A program made the translations under genes and the position numbers. 29,922 nucleotides of DNA from positions 1 to 29,922 of IMG/VR virus record IMGVR_UViG_3300008267_000906; one strand, written 5' to 3'. Under the pieces are notes generated by a model. The model ran no database searches. It had not been told where the DNA came from and saw nothing but the letters and a program-made list of their open reading frames with translations. Source of the DNA: a virus. Lineage: Duplodnaviria > Caudoviricetes. Position 1 is the first letter of the stretch. Each line of letters starts with the position of its first letter. Positions 1 through 9,958 of the stretch are shown in pieces.

Positions 1-993
1 ATATTGAAATGTATCCCACAGATCATCAACATACATGGCTACTTCTTTAAAGAATGGCTTATCTTGATATTCGCTCCACACACCGCCATATAACTGTTTA
101 AATGTTAATTCTTTAGCTTCTTGTTGTGATGCGCCGAGCAATTCACCTAAATAATCATATGTGTTTCTATCTTTAGGAAATTCAAATTTAACCATTTCAC
201 CTATCAAACGTGGATGATAACCCTGAAAATCGATTTCAACGAATTTATCATTTATTGGTCTATAACATTCGCGTTCACCATTATCTTTATTTAATGCAGC
301 AAAGTTGATACTGTTACAGGTGTTAGAAGGGCGCGTAGTTGTATTGTATAAATTATATTGAGTGTATAATCTGCTCTTAGATAAATTAAATTCGGGATAT
401 TGTATTTTATTTTGATAGTGGTTTATATAACATTCTTTATCTACTTTAATACCCTGTTTTTCAATTTGATAGAATACTTCAGTTGTTCTGAAGTTCTGGA
501 ATTGAAATGCTGTGTTAGTTAGGGTGTATTTTTGTATTGTGGATAATGTAGCAGCAAATATTTTTTCACATTCCTCATAATGTTTGCTAATTGGAATTAG
601 ACAATTAATATTAGATAGATTAATGTAGTGTCTATAATAATAATTAATACAATTATTACCTAGTGCTTCTGTTAAATTGACAAATTCAATTAAATGAGCA
701 TCAAATAATTTATTGGGATAAGGAAACCAATGCATTGCTTCCTTTTTATCTAACACCCATAGTCTATCAGTGTTGTTTACTAGCCAATCAAATAATTCAT
801 CTTTATCCAGACTAAATGATTCAGTGTGATCTAAACACAGCATGTATCCTTTCTTATCATCAAGAGGTCTGATGTAGATAAGACTTAGTTCGGTAAGTGT
901 CGGATGAAAATTGTTATTTTTAGGAATAAACCTAATAAAGCAATCTCCAAATTTAGATAGAAGTTGAGATGGTTTCTCTATAACGTAAAACAT
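1..993 (-). CDS. Compact family-A DNA polymerase-like protein (partial, runs off the window start)
   Basis: Not in the ORF track; translated by hand from ATG at 993 (MFYVIEKPSQ...) with no stop to base 1. Contains YNLYNTTTRPSN..NFAALNK, motif-A-like FVEIDFQGYHPRL and motif-B-like AKELTFKQLYGG (compare PolA DYSQIELR and K..NFG..YG). Confidence 0.75.
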   Translation of the reverse strand, partial: MFYVIEKPSQLLSKFGDCFIRFIPKNNNFHPTLTELSLIYIRPLDDKKGYMLCLDHTESFSLDKDELFDWLVNNTDRLWVLDKKEAMHWFPYPNKLFDAHLIEFVNLTEALGNNCINYYYRHYINLSNINCLIPISKHYEECEKIFAATLSTIQKYTLTNTAFQFQNFRTTEVFYQIEKQGIKVDKECYINHYQNKIQYPEFNLSKSRLYTQYNLYNTTTRPSNTCNSINFAALNKDNGERECYRPINDKFVEIDFQGYHPRLIGEMVKFEFPKDRNTYDYLGELLGASQQEAKELTFKQLYGGVWSEYQDKPFFKEVAMYVDDLWDTFQY

Positions 994-1011
994 ATTTCAT
1001 AACCTTTGAAT

Positions 1012-1042
1012 TAAATATAAGATAAAAATTTGGAAAATCAAA
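1012..1042 (-). promoter_or_regulatory. Bacteroidota primary-sigma-type promoter upstream of the PolA-like gene
   Basis: Minus strand reads TTTG (1042-1039), 19-nt spacer, TATATTTA (1019-1012). This matches the -33/-7 consensus TTTG-N19-21-TAnnTTTG with one mismatch. Confidence 0.5.
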
Positions 1043-1565
1043 GGCTTCCAGCTCCTGAATTTGAAGATATCCAGGTTTTAATTCCCGGCATTTCTTTTTC
1101 AGCCCTATCTAATTCATCTGAGTCTATATAGCCGTCTCCTTGAGTTGTAATTATTGCTATAACTTGCCAAATACCTTTATTTTGAAGTTCTAAATATGTT
1201 TCTTTACCTATTTCTCTAATTAAAATAGGATTAGAATTAAGTTTTTTAGCATAATAAGTATAAAAATATTGTCCTTGAGCGTCTTTTAAAGACATATCTT
1301 TATTATGAATTGTTTTAGGGATAATTATAGTGGAAGGATCTATTTTTGTTAAAGAAGCATATTTTTCGTCTACTTTATTAAAATAAAAAGAGTTATCTGT
1401 AATTTTTTTAAGTTCAGGAGCATTTTGATTAAAAGATTTTCCTGCAAAATATCTATCTCCTATCTGATAGTAATATCCCTGATATTCTTTTTTATCAGAG
1501 GTATTTATAAATTCTTTTCCTATTGTATATTTTCCTGTATCTATTATATTTGATGGTATTCTCAT
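1038..1565 (-). CDS. Hypothetical protein at the end of the baseplate cluster
   Basis: 175-aa ORF coupled to the upstream gene by a 1-nt TAATG overlap. No recognised motif. Confidence 0.7.
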   Translation of the reverse strand: MRIPSNIIDTGKYTIGKEFINTSDKKEYQGYYYQIGDRYFAGKSFNQNAPELKKITDNSFYFNKVDEKYASLTKIDPSTIIIPKTIHNKDMSLKDAQGQYFYTYYAKKLNSNPILIREIGKETYLELQNKGIWQVIAIITTQGDGYIDSDELDRAEKEMPGIKTWISSNSGAGSL

Positions 1566-4500
1566 TATATATCAACTATATTTAATAAAGTATAAGTAAA
1601 AAACTTATAATTTGCTTTTTCTAATTGATTGATCATAGCTTGTTTCATCCATAAATAATCATCATAAGATCTTAATACTTGACAACCTGCAGACCAATCA
1701 TCAATTCTTTTGTTAGGATCATTAGCACCATAAGTACCTGAGGGGTGAATATTGGTTCCATATATACCGGTCATTATGTTTGTACTATTATATTGAGAGT
1801 TTAGGGAAGGATCTCTAAAATATTTCATTGATTTAGCCTGGCATAGTGTATCTACTTTACCTTGGTGTTTTCCTCTTCTATAAGCATCAATGTATTGTCC
1901 TTCTACCATCATAATTGTTCTATCCCCACCACCAAACTTTTTAGCCTCATAATGAAGACCAGGAGAAGTGGTTTGCCACCCAATACGATCAAAGCGTTTT
2001 CCATTTTCATCATAATAAAACATTACTATATAATCGGTAAAGTAGTTTGATACAAAAAGAGGACGCCCAGTAGTAGAATCGATAGCATTAACTGCTTTAT
2101 TTTTTTCTCTTATACCAACTATATTTACTTTATTTCTACCAAAGTTTGTATTTGCATAGAAAGTATATCCTTTTCTTTGCATAGCTGCTATTACTCTATC
2201 TACAGTAACATTTGGAGGAATATCTTTTGATGCAGGACCAGGAAGCTGAGCAGGGTCTATTTTAGTTAATTGGTCGTTTAGTTTTTGGTAGTTTTCTTCT
2301 GAGGGGTTCTCTGCGGCAGCAGCTGCTGATGCTGCTATTTTTTGTATAGTAGCAAAATTAGCTGTTGAAAGACCTCCTTTTGGTTTGTCTAATATAATAG
2401 TTTGAGCAGTAAGATTAGTAACCCAATCATTGTTTTTTAAGGAATGACCCAATTCAGTTACAGCATATGCTAATTTTGATCCTACTTTTCCTCCTTTATA
2501 TCCTCTAGGAAGTAAATCATCAGGCAATCTAAATAAGTTTCCTATTACTATTCCTCCTATACCGTCCATTTCTATAGATAATTTAGTAGGGATAATAGCT
2601 CTGTTTTTACTATCTACATTAACTAGACTTTTATAAAAATTAATAATGTCTTTTAATGCATTTGAATATTCTGATGCTTTTGAAGCGTCATAATCGCCCT
2701 TAAATTCCCACCAACTAGGGTCTATTTTATTAATGTATGAAAGTAATGTTTGAATATTTTTTACTAAAGCCTCAACTTTAATCTTTATTTCTTCTTGTGG
2801 GTCTGATTTTTCAATAGTAGTTGGGGCTTCTTTCTTAGGTATAATTCTATCTATTAGGTTTTGATTAAAGTCAACTAATGTGTTCACATCAGCCCCAAGA
2901 GCTCCTCCTTGAGCTTGAGCTCCAATAGCAATTATAGTAGATTGATCTTGAAATATTTGTGATTCTAATCTGTAGCTTCTTACTACAGATTTAGTATTAT
3001 GGGTTTCTAATATAAATGCGTTTTTATACACTTCATCTCTATCAGTAGCATCAACATAATTTACATCTATAATTCTAGCAACATTATTATCAGTAGGATC
3101 TATATGTAATTCAAAATTAGCTACATTTCCTATTGCTGTAGATATACCTGACATCATTTGTTTGATTAAATCAAATAAAGCAATATCATTTTTTTCTTTT
3201 TTGTCTTGTGCTGCTAAATTTTCATTTATAACTAATTTATAGATATATTCTAAGTTAACATAAATATTTCCTATTACTCCAAATTGCAATGTATTAAAGT
3301 CCCCATTATAAAAGTAATTTTTGCTTGTATTTTTTACTATTTTTTTTAACGTATCAAAATCAGCTCCAGAATCAGGGATATTGAAATTAGCTGTTGGATC
3401 TTCCCAGGCATGATTTGATATTAGGCAAACTGCTGGGTTAGTTGTAAGTTGGTATTTGTTTCCTAGACATAGTAGAGGTTCCCCTTTAGCAGTAATTTCA
3501 GAATCACGTACTGAGAGTTTTACCATAGGGGTTTGATTTTGTTGATCACTTAATAGAACATATCTATTCATTATATCAACAAATGATTCTAAAGTAGTAT
3601 ATATTTGTTTTCCACTCTTAATAATAGATGATTTACTTTCTTCAGCTCCACTAATATCAACAGGAAATTTAAAAAATATATATTCTTTATTTTTATTATT
3701 TGCATCTACAACTTTATACTCTGCAAAGTCATTACATTTTGTATTGGCTATTTCATATAGCTCATGACATAATCCTGCTACTACGTTTTGTGAATATGAT
3801 TCAGCTACTTCTTTAGGTAGTGTAAACCCTAAAGATTTAGCTAATATACCATCTTTTTCTAAATTAGGAACATTAAAAGCAGAGTAATTTACTTTTAGGG
3901 ATTCTAATATTTCTCCCATTGAAATTATGCTAGTAGTACAATCATATCCTCCATCTGGGCGAGCTGACCAACTATAATTTTTTATGAAGCCATACATGGC
4001 ATCATAATTACCTGTTTCTGCTGATTTATTATAGGTTTCTTTCCAAATATCTTCTTTTTTGTAATTTTTTGTAAATATTTTATCGTAATATTGAATATTG
4101 CCTTGTAAATTTCCCTTATTATCTAGAAAAGGAGCCCATCCCCATTCTACTAATACTGTGTATCCAGGGCGCATATAAAGTAATTCTAGTTCTTCTAGTT
4201 GTTTTATATCCCAACAATTAAAACTAACATTTATTTCTCTTAAGGAACCATAAGCTGATTTGGATTTTACCTCTATTCCAGTAATACCAGGCATAGGTCT
4301 TAAACCTAATCTATTTGTTTCACCTGCTTGATTTTGTAAAGTATATTTTCCTTCTTTTCCACCAATAGGATAACGAGGAACTCCATTACTAGTTAATGTA
4401 CCTCCTTGTAATATATAACTTTTAGCTAAAGCTCCACTATCTTCTCCCACATCAACAGCAGAAGTCATTCTAATCCAAGCATTACGGGCATTAAAATACT

Positions 4501-4600
4501 GAACTGTTTGAGGAGTATGGCGTTTACTTCCAATAGCCTCTTGTCTGACTTCTAGTTGCTTGCGAACGTTAGGATTAAATGAACTTTTAAATATTGACAT
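1565..4600 (-). CDS. Baseplate hub-like protein with a C-terminal putative peptidoglycan-active (L,D-transpeptidase-fold-like) domain
   Basis: 1011 aa, directly after the LysM gene as in contractile-tail baseplate clusters. An Ala/Pro linker precedes a C-terminal domain with NIVGIR, GTNIH-x17-SAGCQV and FTYTLL. Confidence 0.6.
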   Translation of the reverse strand: MSIFKSSFNPNVRKQLEVRQEAIGSKRHTPQTVQYFNARNAWIRMTSAVDVGEDSGALAKSYILQGGTLTSNGVPRYPIGGKEGKYTLQNQAGETNRLGLRPMPGITGIEVKSKSAYGSLREINVSFNCWDIKQLEELELLYMRPGYTVLVEWGWAPFLDNKGNLQGNIQYYDKIFTKNYKKEDIWKETYNKSAETGNYDAMYGFIKNYSWSARPDGGYDCTTSIISMGEILESLKVNYSAFNVPNLEKDGILAKSLGFTLPKEVAESYSQNVVAGLCHELYEIANTKCNDFAEYKVVDANNKNKEYIFFKFPVDISGAEESKSSIIKSGKQIYTTLESFVDIMNRYVLLSDQQNQTPMVKLSVRDSEITAKGEPLLCLGNKYQLTTNPAVCLISNHAWEDPTANFNIPDSGADFDTLKKIVKNTSKNYFYNGDFNTLQFGVIGNIYVNLEYIYKLVINENLAAQDKKEKNDIALFDLIKQMMSGISTAIGNVANFELHIDPTDNNVARIIDVNYVDATDRDEVYKNAFILETHNTKSVVRSYRLESQIFQDQSTIIAIGAQAQGGALGADVNTLVDFNQNLIDRIIPKKEAPTTIEKSDPQEEIKIKVEALVKNIQTLLSYINKIDPSWWEFKGDYDASKASEYSNALKDIINFYKSLVNVDSKNRAIIPTKLSIEMDGIGGIVIGNLFRLPDDLLPRGYKGGKVGSKLAYAVTELGHSLKNNDWVTNLTAQTIILDKPKGGLSTANFATIQKIAASAAAAAENPSEENYQKLNDQLTKIDPAQLPGPASKDIPPNVTVDRVIAAMQRKGYTFYANTNFGRNKVNIVGIREKNKAVNAIDSTTGRPLFVSNYFTDYIVMFYYDENGKRFDRIGWQTTSPGLHYEAKKFGGGDRTIMMVEGQYIDAYRRGKHQGKVDTLCQAKSMKYFRDPSLNSQYNSTNIMTGIYGTNIHPSGTYGANDPNKRIDDWSAGCQVLRSYDDYLWMKQAMINQLEKANYKFFTYTLLNIVDI

Positions 4601-4604
4601 AACA

Positions 4605-4913
4605 TTATCTAGCTTGGTTAAATCGATTATATAAATCTAAAATACCGTTAATATCTGTAGGAACTCTTAATTGAGTACCAGGAACTGGATATAAAGCACC
4701 TCTGGTTATGTTGTTATTAGCCATTGCTATTATCCACCATAAAGTGGCATCTCCATAATAGGAATAAGCAATACTATCTAATCTATCTCCTACAGTAGTG
4801 ATAACATAATAATCATTCTCTGACAAAGGAATATTAGGGTAAAATTTTCCTTTATAGTAAGGTCTATTAGTATTATTTGTTTTTAAAACAGTAGCATCAC
4901 CATAACGTTCCAT
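4605..4913 (-). CDS. LysM-domain baseplate wedge protein (T4 gp53 / P2 gpX-like)
   Basis: VITTVGDRLDSIAYSYYGDATLWWIIAMAN...PGTQLRVP is a typical LysM-like signature. Confidence 0.85.
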   Translation of the reverse strand: MERYGDATVLKTNNTNRPYYKGKFYPNIPLSENDYYVITTVGDRLDSIAYSYYGDATLWWIIAMANNNITRGALYPVPGTQLRVPTDINGILDLYNRFNQAR

Positions 4914-4914
4914 A

Positions 4915-7116
4915 TTAACCTCCTTTTAAAGTATTTTTTAAATAATTTTGTTCTAGTTTTTCCTGAAATGCATTTTTAAATTTAGTGGGAGGCTGCTGAC
5001 CTTGTAGTTCCCCAGCTCTACCTGGGAATCTATATTGGGCCTTATCAATATCAGTTGGAGGTATAGTTGTTGGTTGTTTTATTTTAGGTTGTGGTGTTGG
5101 TGGTGGTGTTGGTGCAGGGGGAGTAGGTTTCGGTTGTGGAGGTACAGGGATTGGAGGATCTACTAAAAATCCACAATCTTGATATTGTGGTAAATAATTA
5201 TGAATAACTGTGAAATTAAAATCAACAGCTAGGTATTGAGCAAATCCAGCATCTATATCCCAAGGAGAACCATCAACAGGAGTAAAATTTAAGTTAGTTA
5301 TAATTCCTGGTTGGTCTATTATGTATCCTCCCACTCTTAGTCTTATTATTATACCTCCTAGTAGGCTATTATTGTATTTTCCTGCTAGTGTAGAGGCTAA
5401 TTCACTTACTTCACAATGTTTTTTTCGAAGTTCTCCAGCATTAAAACAAGGAACATTAAATGCTAATTTTACAGAACGTTTAAATTCATTAAATATATAG
5501 AATTTTTCTGCTCGACCTACATACTTTACATCTCCCCAAGAGCTATCATATGATTCATTATAAGTAGTAATATAACCTAAATAATTTAATACTTTTAAAG
5601 GATTTCCAGTAAATGGATCTAATGGTGTTATTCTTATTACCATCGTATCATCATCTACATTTAGATCATTTGTTCTTTTAAATTGATTAGCTAAGGAAGC
5701 AGAAACATATTTAAAATCAGTAGCATTTCTATTAACATTAACTTGTACTACTGTTCTAGAAGTATCGTTAGATGAATTATAATTTGTATATGTTGTACTA
5801 GTTTCATTAACTTTTTTTCTTAAGTCTTCATATTTCTTTAGAGCCGGAGTTGAATAAGGAATAACATTTTGGTTAATATTAATTTCAGTAGGAATATCAC
5901 TTCCTGAAATCTGGGTTAATCCTAAATCATTACTTGCTGTTAAATACCCATTAACTTCTCCTCCATTATAGGTAACAGGATTATTAATTAATGAAGTTGG
6001 TATTGGTAATTCAAATCTATTAGAAGGATTTAATAATGATGAAGTATTATTAGATACCCCTAAATCATTATTTACTATTACTATATTATCCTTTTTCTTT
6101 TCTTGATATTCTTTATAAGTATTATTTATAAATGAACCATTAATTTTTAAATCAGTATCTTTAATTAAATCAAAGCTAGAACTAGCTAAAGCAGAATTAG
6201 TTCTATTACTGATTTCAAAATCAAAGCTACTACTTATTTTAACTTCAGAAATATGTGTAGCATTAAAATTTTTATTTTTAGCATAATCTATTTTAAGACT
6301 ATCATTGGTACGTTCTGGTACCCTTTGGATTAGTGTTCTACCTATACCGTATACTGAATTGGGGCCTCCTATATAGTCAGCAATTCTACTATTTTGTATG
6401 TCATTAAAAACCGAATTTGCAAACGGTATTCCTCCTGCAAAAGTAGCGGCAATAGCACTTAGTGTTTTTTGTTCTTTTTTTCTTAATTTAATATTACCTT
6501 TATTAAGATCATAATTAGTACCTAAACCAAATCTATTTCTTAATCCAGTTAATCTATTATTTTCTTCGTTATTATTATTTTGGACAACAGCTAAATATTT
6601 AGTTTGTTCATTTTGAACAGGTAATAAACCATGTCTATTAAAGTGTTGACCAAAAGCACCGGCCGGAACTTGTGCTAATGTATTAATACCTAAATTATAT
6701 ATGCGGGTAGGACCTACAGCATTAACTATTTTATTTGCTGTATTAATAATAAAATTACCTACATTTCTTAACAATCCACCTCCTTTAACAGGTGAATCTG
6801 TTTTTAATTTTTTAGTTTCTAAAACAGGATTGGACATTTGTAGTCCAATTTGTTTAACTATAAATAAAGGCCCTTTAGGAAAATCAGTAAGAAATTTCCC
6901 GATACGGAGTGTATCAACAACAGCAGCATTAGCAGCGCCTACAACTCCACCTCTTACTAAACCATCATCGAATTTAGTCATTCGAAAACGGTTAAAGCCA
7001 CTATCAACTTTGTTGATATCAACTTTTTGGTATGGTTGACCGCTGTCACCTCCGCCTGGTCGATCACTTCCGTACTTAAGTGATTTTAAGTCGGTTTTTA
7101 AATCAAGTAGGGGCAT
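4915..7116 (-). CDS. Baseplate / tail-tube initiator-like protein
   Basis: C-terminal region (YITTYNESYDSSW..VKYVGRAEKFYIFNEFKRSVKLAF...IRLRVGG...PGIITNLNF...PWDI) resembles tube-initiator folds. Lies between tape measure and LysM genes; Pro-rich tail. Confidence 0.6.
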   Translation of the reverse strand: MPLLDLKTDLKSLKYGSDRPGGGDSGQPYQKVDINKVDSGFNRFRMTKFDDGLVRGGVVGAANAAVVDTLRIGKFLTDFPKGPLFIVKQIGLQMSNPVLETKKLKTDSPVKGGGLLRNVGNFIINTANKIVNAVGPTRIYNLGINTLAQVPAGAFGQHFNRHGLLPVQNEQTKYLAVVQNNNNEENNRLTGLRNRFGLGTNYDLNKGNIKLRKKEQKTLSAIAATFAGGIPFANSVFNDIQNSRIADYIGGPNSVYGIGRTLIQRVPERTNDSLKIDYAKNKNFNATHISEVKISSSFDFEISNRTNSALASSSFDLIKDTDLKINGSFINNTYKEYQEKKKDNIVIVNNDLGVSNNTSSLLNPSNRFELPIPTSLINNPVTYNGGEVNGYLTASNDLGLTQISGSDIPTEININQNVIPYSTPALKKYEDLRKKVNETSTTYTNYNSSNDTSRTVVQVNVNRNATDFKYVSASLANQFKRTNDLNVDDDTMVIRITPLDPFTGNPLKVLNYLGYITTYNESYDSSWGDVKYVGRAEKFYIFNEFKRSVKLAFNVPCFNAGELRKKHCEVSELASTLAGKYNNSLLGGIIIRLRVGGYIIDQPGIITNLNFTPVDGSPWDIDAGFAQYLAVDFNFTVIHNYLPQYQDCGFLVDPPIPVPPQPKPTPPAPTPPPTPQPKIKQPTTIPPTDIDKAQYRFPGRAGELQGQQPPTKFKNAFQEKLEQNYLKNTLKGG

Positions 7117-7125
7117 TTATGTTAT

Positions 7126-7428
7126 TTAGTAACGTCCTTCTGTTGGTCCTAAATCTTTATATCTACGTCCTGGTTTAGATTTGTATACTTGTGATACAAC
7201 TCCAACTGGTTTAAGATTAGGGGCGATTGGATCTAATTCATCCATTGTTGATGGTTGTGGTTTGTTGGGTAGATTACCCTTAATTAAACGCCAATCCACA
7301 TTAGGATTTCCATCAGTTGAATATAATTCATGTAATGAATCAGGGGGAACCGGGTTTACTCCGAATTGTTGTGGTTTACTACCACCCAACCCTAAAATAC
7401 TGTCTTTTAATTTGTCTAATAATCCCAT
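7126..7428 (-). CDS. Hypothetical protein (tail module)
   Basis: 100-aa ORF on the coding strand, preceded by the ATATTTAT motif. Confidence 0.7.
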   Translation of the reverse strand: MGLLDKLKDSILGLGGSKPQQFGVNPVPPDSLHELYSTDGNPNVDWRLIKGNLPNKPQPSTMDELDPIAPNLKPVGVVSQVYKSKPGRRYKDLGPTEGRY

Positions 7429-7442
7429 GGTTTATTGTTTGG

Positions 7443-7452
7443 TATAAATATT
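7443..7452 (-). promoter_or_regulatory. ATATTTAT upstream motif (putative late promoter)
   Basis: AATATTTATA about 15 nt before the start at 7428; one of about 12 such copies. Confidence 0.5.
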
Positions 7453-7458
7453 TAATTG

Positions 7459-9903
7459 TTATGCTAGTTTATATGAACTTTGTGCTAGGTTAGATCCTAC
7501 CTGTTTACTATCCATACTAATTATTACAGGACGATTTACTAAATTATCAACAGCTGCCTTAACTTCATTAACAGCATCAATAAGAGGTTGATTAGCATTG
7601 CCTTCTTCACCTTTTCCACCACCTCCACCAACACCAAGACTAGCTAATGCTGGTGCTACAGCACCCAGTGCTGTTAAAGCCATAATTACAGGTGTTGCTA
7701 GTATTCCTGCAAATCCCATAGATGCTAATCCGCCTGCTATTCCAAATAGAGCAGGACCTAATAGTAGTAATGAAGGACCAACTTCTCCTAATTTAACAAT
7801 CATATCACCTATAGCTCCAACAATAGTAGAAATACCAGTAGCTATTGAAGTAATAACAGTACCTATTGCTTCTCCTATTGCTGTGATGGCAGGAGCAGTT
7901 AAATTAAGAGCAAATCCTAATCCTACCATAACCCCTGTAAAAGCTAATAATCCAAGAAGAAGTTGAGGAGATTTTAAAGCAGTGCCTATTGCTGCTAATC
8001 CATTTCCTATTCCTGTTAAAGCTTTTTCAATTAATTCACCATTTACAAATTGTAATGCTAATAAAGCAGGTACAGCTGGAGTAAGTAATGTTAATGCTAC
8101 GGCAGCGGCACCTACTTTAGCAATATCTTTAAAATTAACATCACTAAATGATTTAATACCAGCTGATATTCCTTCAAGTGTATTTTTAATTCCATCTCCT
8201 GCTTTTGGTCCACCAGCACCTGCTTTTCCTCCAGATTCAGCTGCTTTTTCAGCTGTTTCTTTTGTTTTATCTGCTCCGCCCATTAATGATTCTCTTCCTT
8301 CTTTACTAAATAGGTTTTTAAAATTAGTTCCTATTCCTGTGAGACTTTTACCTATACCGGCAAAACTACTTGCCATTTTAGGTAGGTAACTTAATGCTAC
8401 TAATCCAACTAAAGGATAAAATATATACCACTGAGAGAGAATATTAGCCATAAATTCAGAAGCTGTGGCTAATAGATCAATAAGTGGAGAGAATATTTGA
8501 ACTACACTAGATAAAGCAGTTTTTAATTTCTCAATAGAGTTAGCAAATTTTTCTTGTGCATTTTGGGCTTTTAATTGCTCATATGCTTGCTCACCATATT
8601 TTGCTCTAACACCTTCAGCACCTATTTTTAATGCTTCTTGTTGATAAATCATAGCTGCTAACGATTCACGATTCATTCCTAAAGCCTTAGCTGTGGCCTC
8701 TTGAGCTAATCTATTGCCTGAGGCAAAAGCACCAATTACTTCTTCATTTTTACCTATTTCCTCAGATAAAGATTTCATATCATTAGCTAAAGCAGCAGCT
8801 CTAGCTCTTTCTAAATTCATACTTTTACCTGTGAGTAATTCTGCTTTTAGTTCGTCTCCAATTGATGTTTCAAAATTTAATAATGAATCCGCTGTGGATT
8901 CCATTTGCTGTAGAGTAGTACCTAGTTGTTTAGCAGCAACTACAGCTTCAGCTATTTTTACAGGATTACTACCTAAACTAACAGCAGTTGCTTTACTAAC
9001 ATTGGCTACTTCTCTCATCACATCCTTCAATAGAATAGCAGTTTTACCCTGCTTATTCATTGCAGTTACCGTTTTACCTACATCATCTAGAACAGCTTCT
9101 GTATTCTTTGACTGCATTCTAGATAGTGTAGTTAGTTGGGCTGCTTCTTTACCTGACATACCTAGTCTTCCTGTTAGGTTAGTCATTGTAACTAGGGATT
9201 CATTTCCGTAGTCAACAATAAAGCCCATTTCTTTAGATAGGTCAGTAAAGGATTTTTTTAGTTTTTCACCATTAATATAGGCATCAAACACATTATTACC
9301 TACAAAACCAAGTTCATTATTTAAGAGATAAGCATTTTCATAAGATATACCTAATTCTTTTCTAAAATTAGCTATGTTTTCACTACCCTTAAAAAGCATA
9401 TCCATTATACTTCCTAAGGCAAACCATCCCTTTAATGTATCTTTAATATCTTTATATTTCTTATCTATTAAATCAGCTAAGTTATTTTGTTTTTTCTTTT
9501 CCTCTGTTATTTTTTTCTCTTCTTGAGCTTGTTGTCCAAGTAATTTAGCAGTATCTAATTGTTTTTCTATTTGATATTGTGCATTTTTATTTTCAATTAA
9601 TTGTTTTTGTATTTTTTGTTGAGCAGCATGGTTCCTATCTCGTATTGCTTTTAATAATTGGGCTTCTAGGTCAATTTGGTCAAAAGCTAATCTATTAGAT
9701 TGTTTCTGGTATTGTTCTGTTTTACTAGCTAATTCTTTAGTTATATCTTTACCCTCTCTAAGGGCATCAGCCATATTACCTAAATCTGTTAATGCATCTG
9801 CTAAACTATTTCTAATACCTTTGCTTAATGTACTGGCCATACTCTCCAGGTCATCGCGCATACTTTCTAGGCTATCTTCTAAATCTTTTAAAGTTGGAGG
9901 CAT
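7459..9903 (-). CDS. Tail tape measure protein
   Basis: 814 aa, Ala/Leu/Lys-rich and helical, with a hydrophobic Gly/Ala-rich C-terminal third. Canonical position after tube and assembly-chaperone genes. Confidence 0.85.
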   Translation of the reverse strand: MPPTLKDLEDSLESMRDDLESMASTLSKGIRNSLADALTDLGNMADALREGKDITKELASKTEQYQKQSNRLAFDQIDLEAQLLKAIRDRNHAAQQKIQKQLIENKNAQYQIEKQLDTAKLLGQQAQEEKKITEEKKKQNNLADLIDKKYKDIKDTLKGWFALGSIMDMLFKGSENIANFRKELGISYENAYLLNNELGFVGNNVFDAYINGEKLKKSFTDLSKEMGFIVDYGNESLVTMTNLTGRLGMSGKEAAQLTTLSRMQSKNTEAVLDDVGKTVTAMNKQGKTAILLKDVMREVANVSKATAVSLGSNPVKIAEAVVAAKQLGTTLQQMESTADSLLNFETSIGDELKAELLTGKSMNLERARAAALANDMKSLSEEIGKNEEVIGAFASGNRLAQEATAKALGMNRESLAAMIYQQEALKIGAEGVRAKYGEQAYEQLKAQNAQEKFANSIEKLKTALSSVVQIFSPLIDLLATASEFMANILSQWYIFYPLVGLVALSYLPKMASSFAGIGKSLTGIGTNFKNLFSKEGRESLMGGADKTKETAEKAAESGGKAGAGGPKAGDGIKNTLEGISAGIKSFSDVNFKDIAKVGAAAVALTLLTPAVPALLALQFVNGELIEKALTGIGNGLAAIGTALKSPQLLLGLLAFTGVMVGLGFALNLTAPAITAIGEAIGTVITSIATGISTIVGAIGDMIVKLGEVGPSLLLLGPALFGIAGGLASMGFAGILATPVIMALTALGAVAPALASLGVGGGGGKGEEGNANQPLIDAVNEVKAAVDNLVNRPVIISMDSKQVGSNLAQSSYKLA

Positions 9904-9920
9904 AATATATTGTTACGTCG

Positions 9921-9930
9921 TATAAATATT
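9921..9930 (-). promoter_or_regulatory. ATATTTAT upstream motif (putative late promoter)
   Basis: AATATTTATA upstream of the tape measure start at 9903. Confidence 0.5.
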
Positions 9931-9958
9931 AAAGCGCCCTATTTCTTGGGCGCTTTAA
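9929..9958 (-). terminator. 11-bp GC-rich hairpin overlapping the stop codon of the gp51-like frame
   Basis: Plus strand TTAAAGCGCCC-N8-GGGCGCTTTAA is a perfect inverted repeat; the U tail is weak. Confidence 0.55.
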
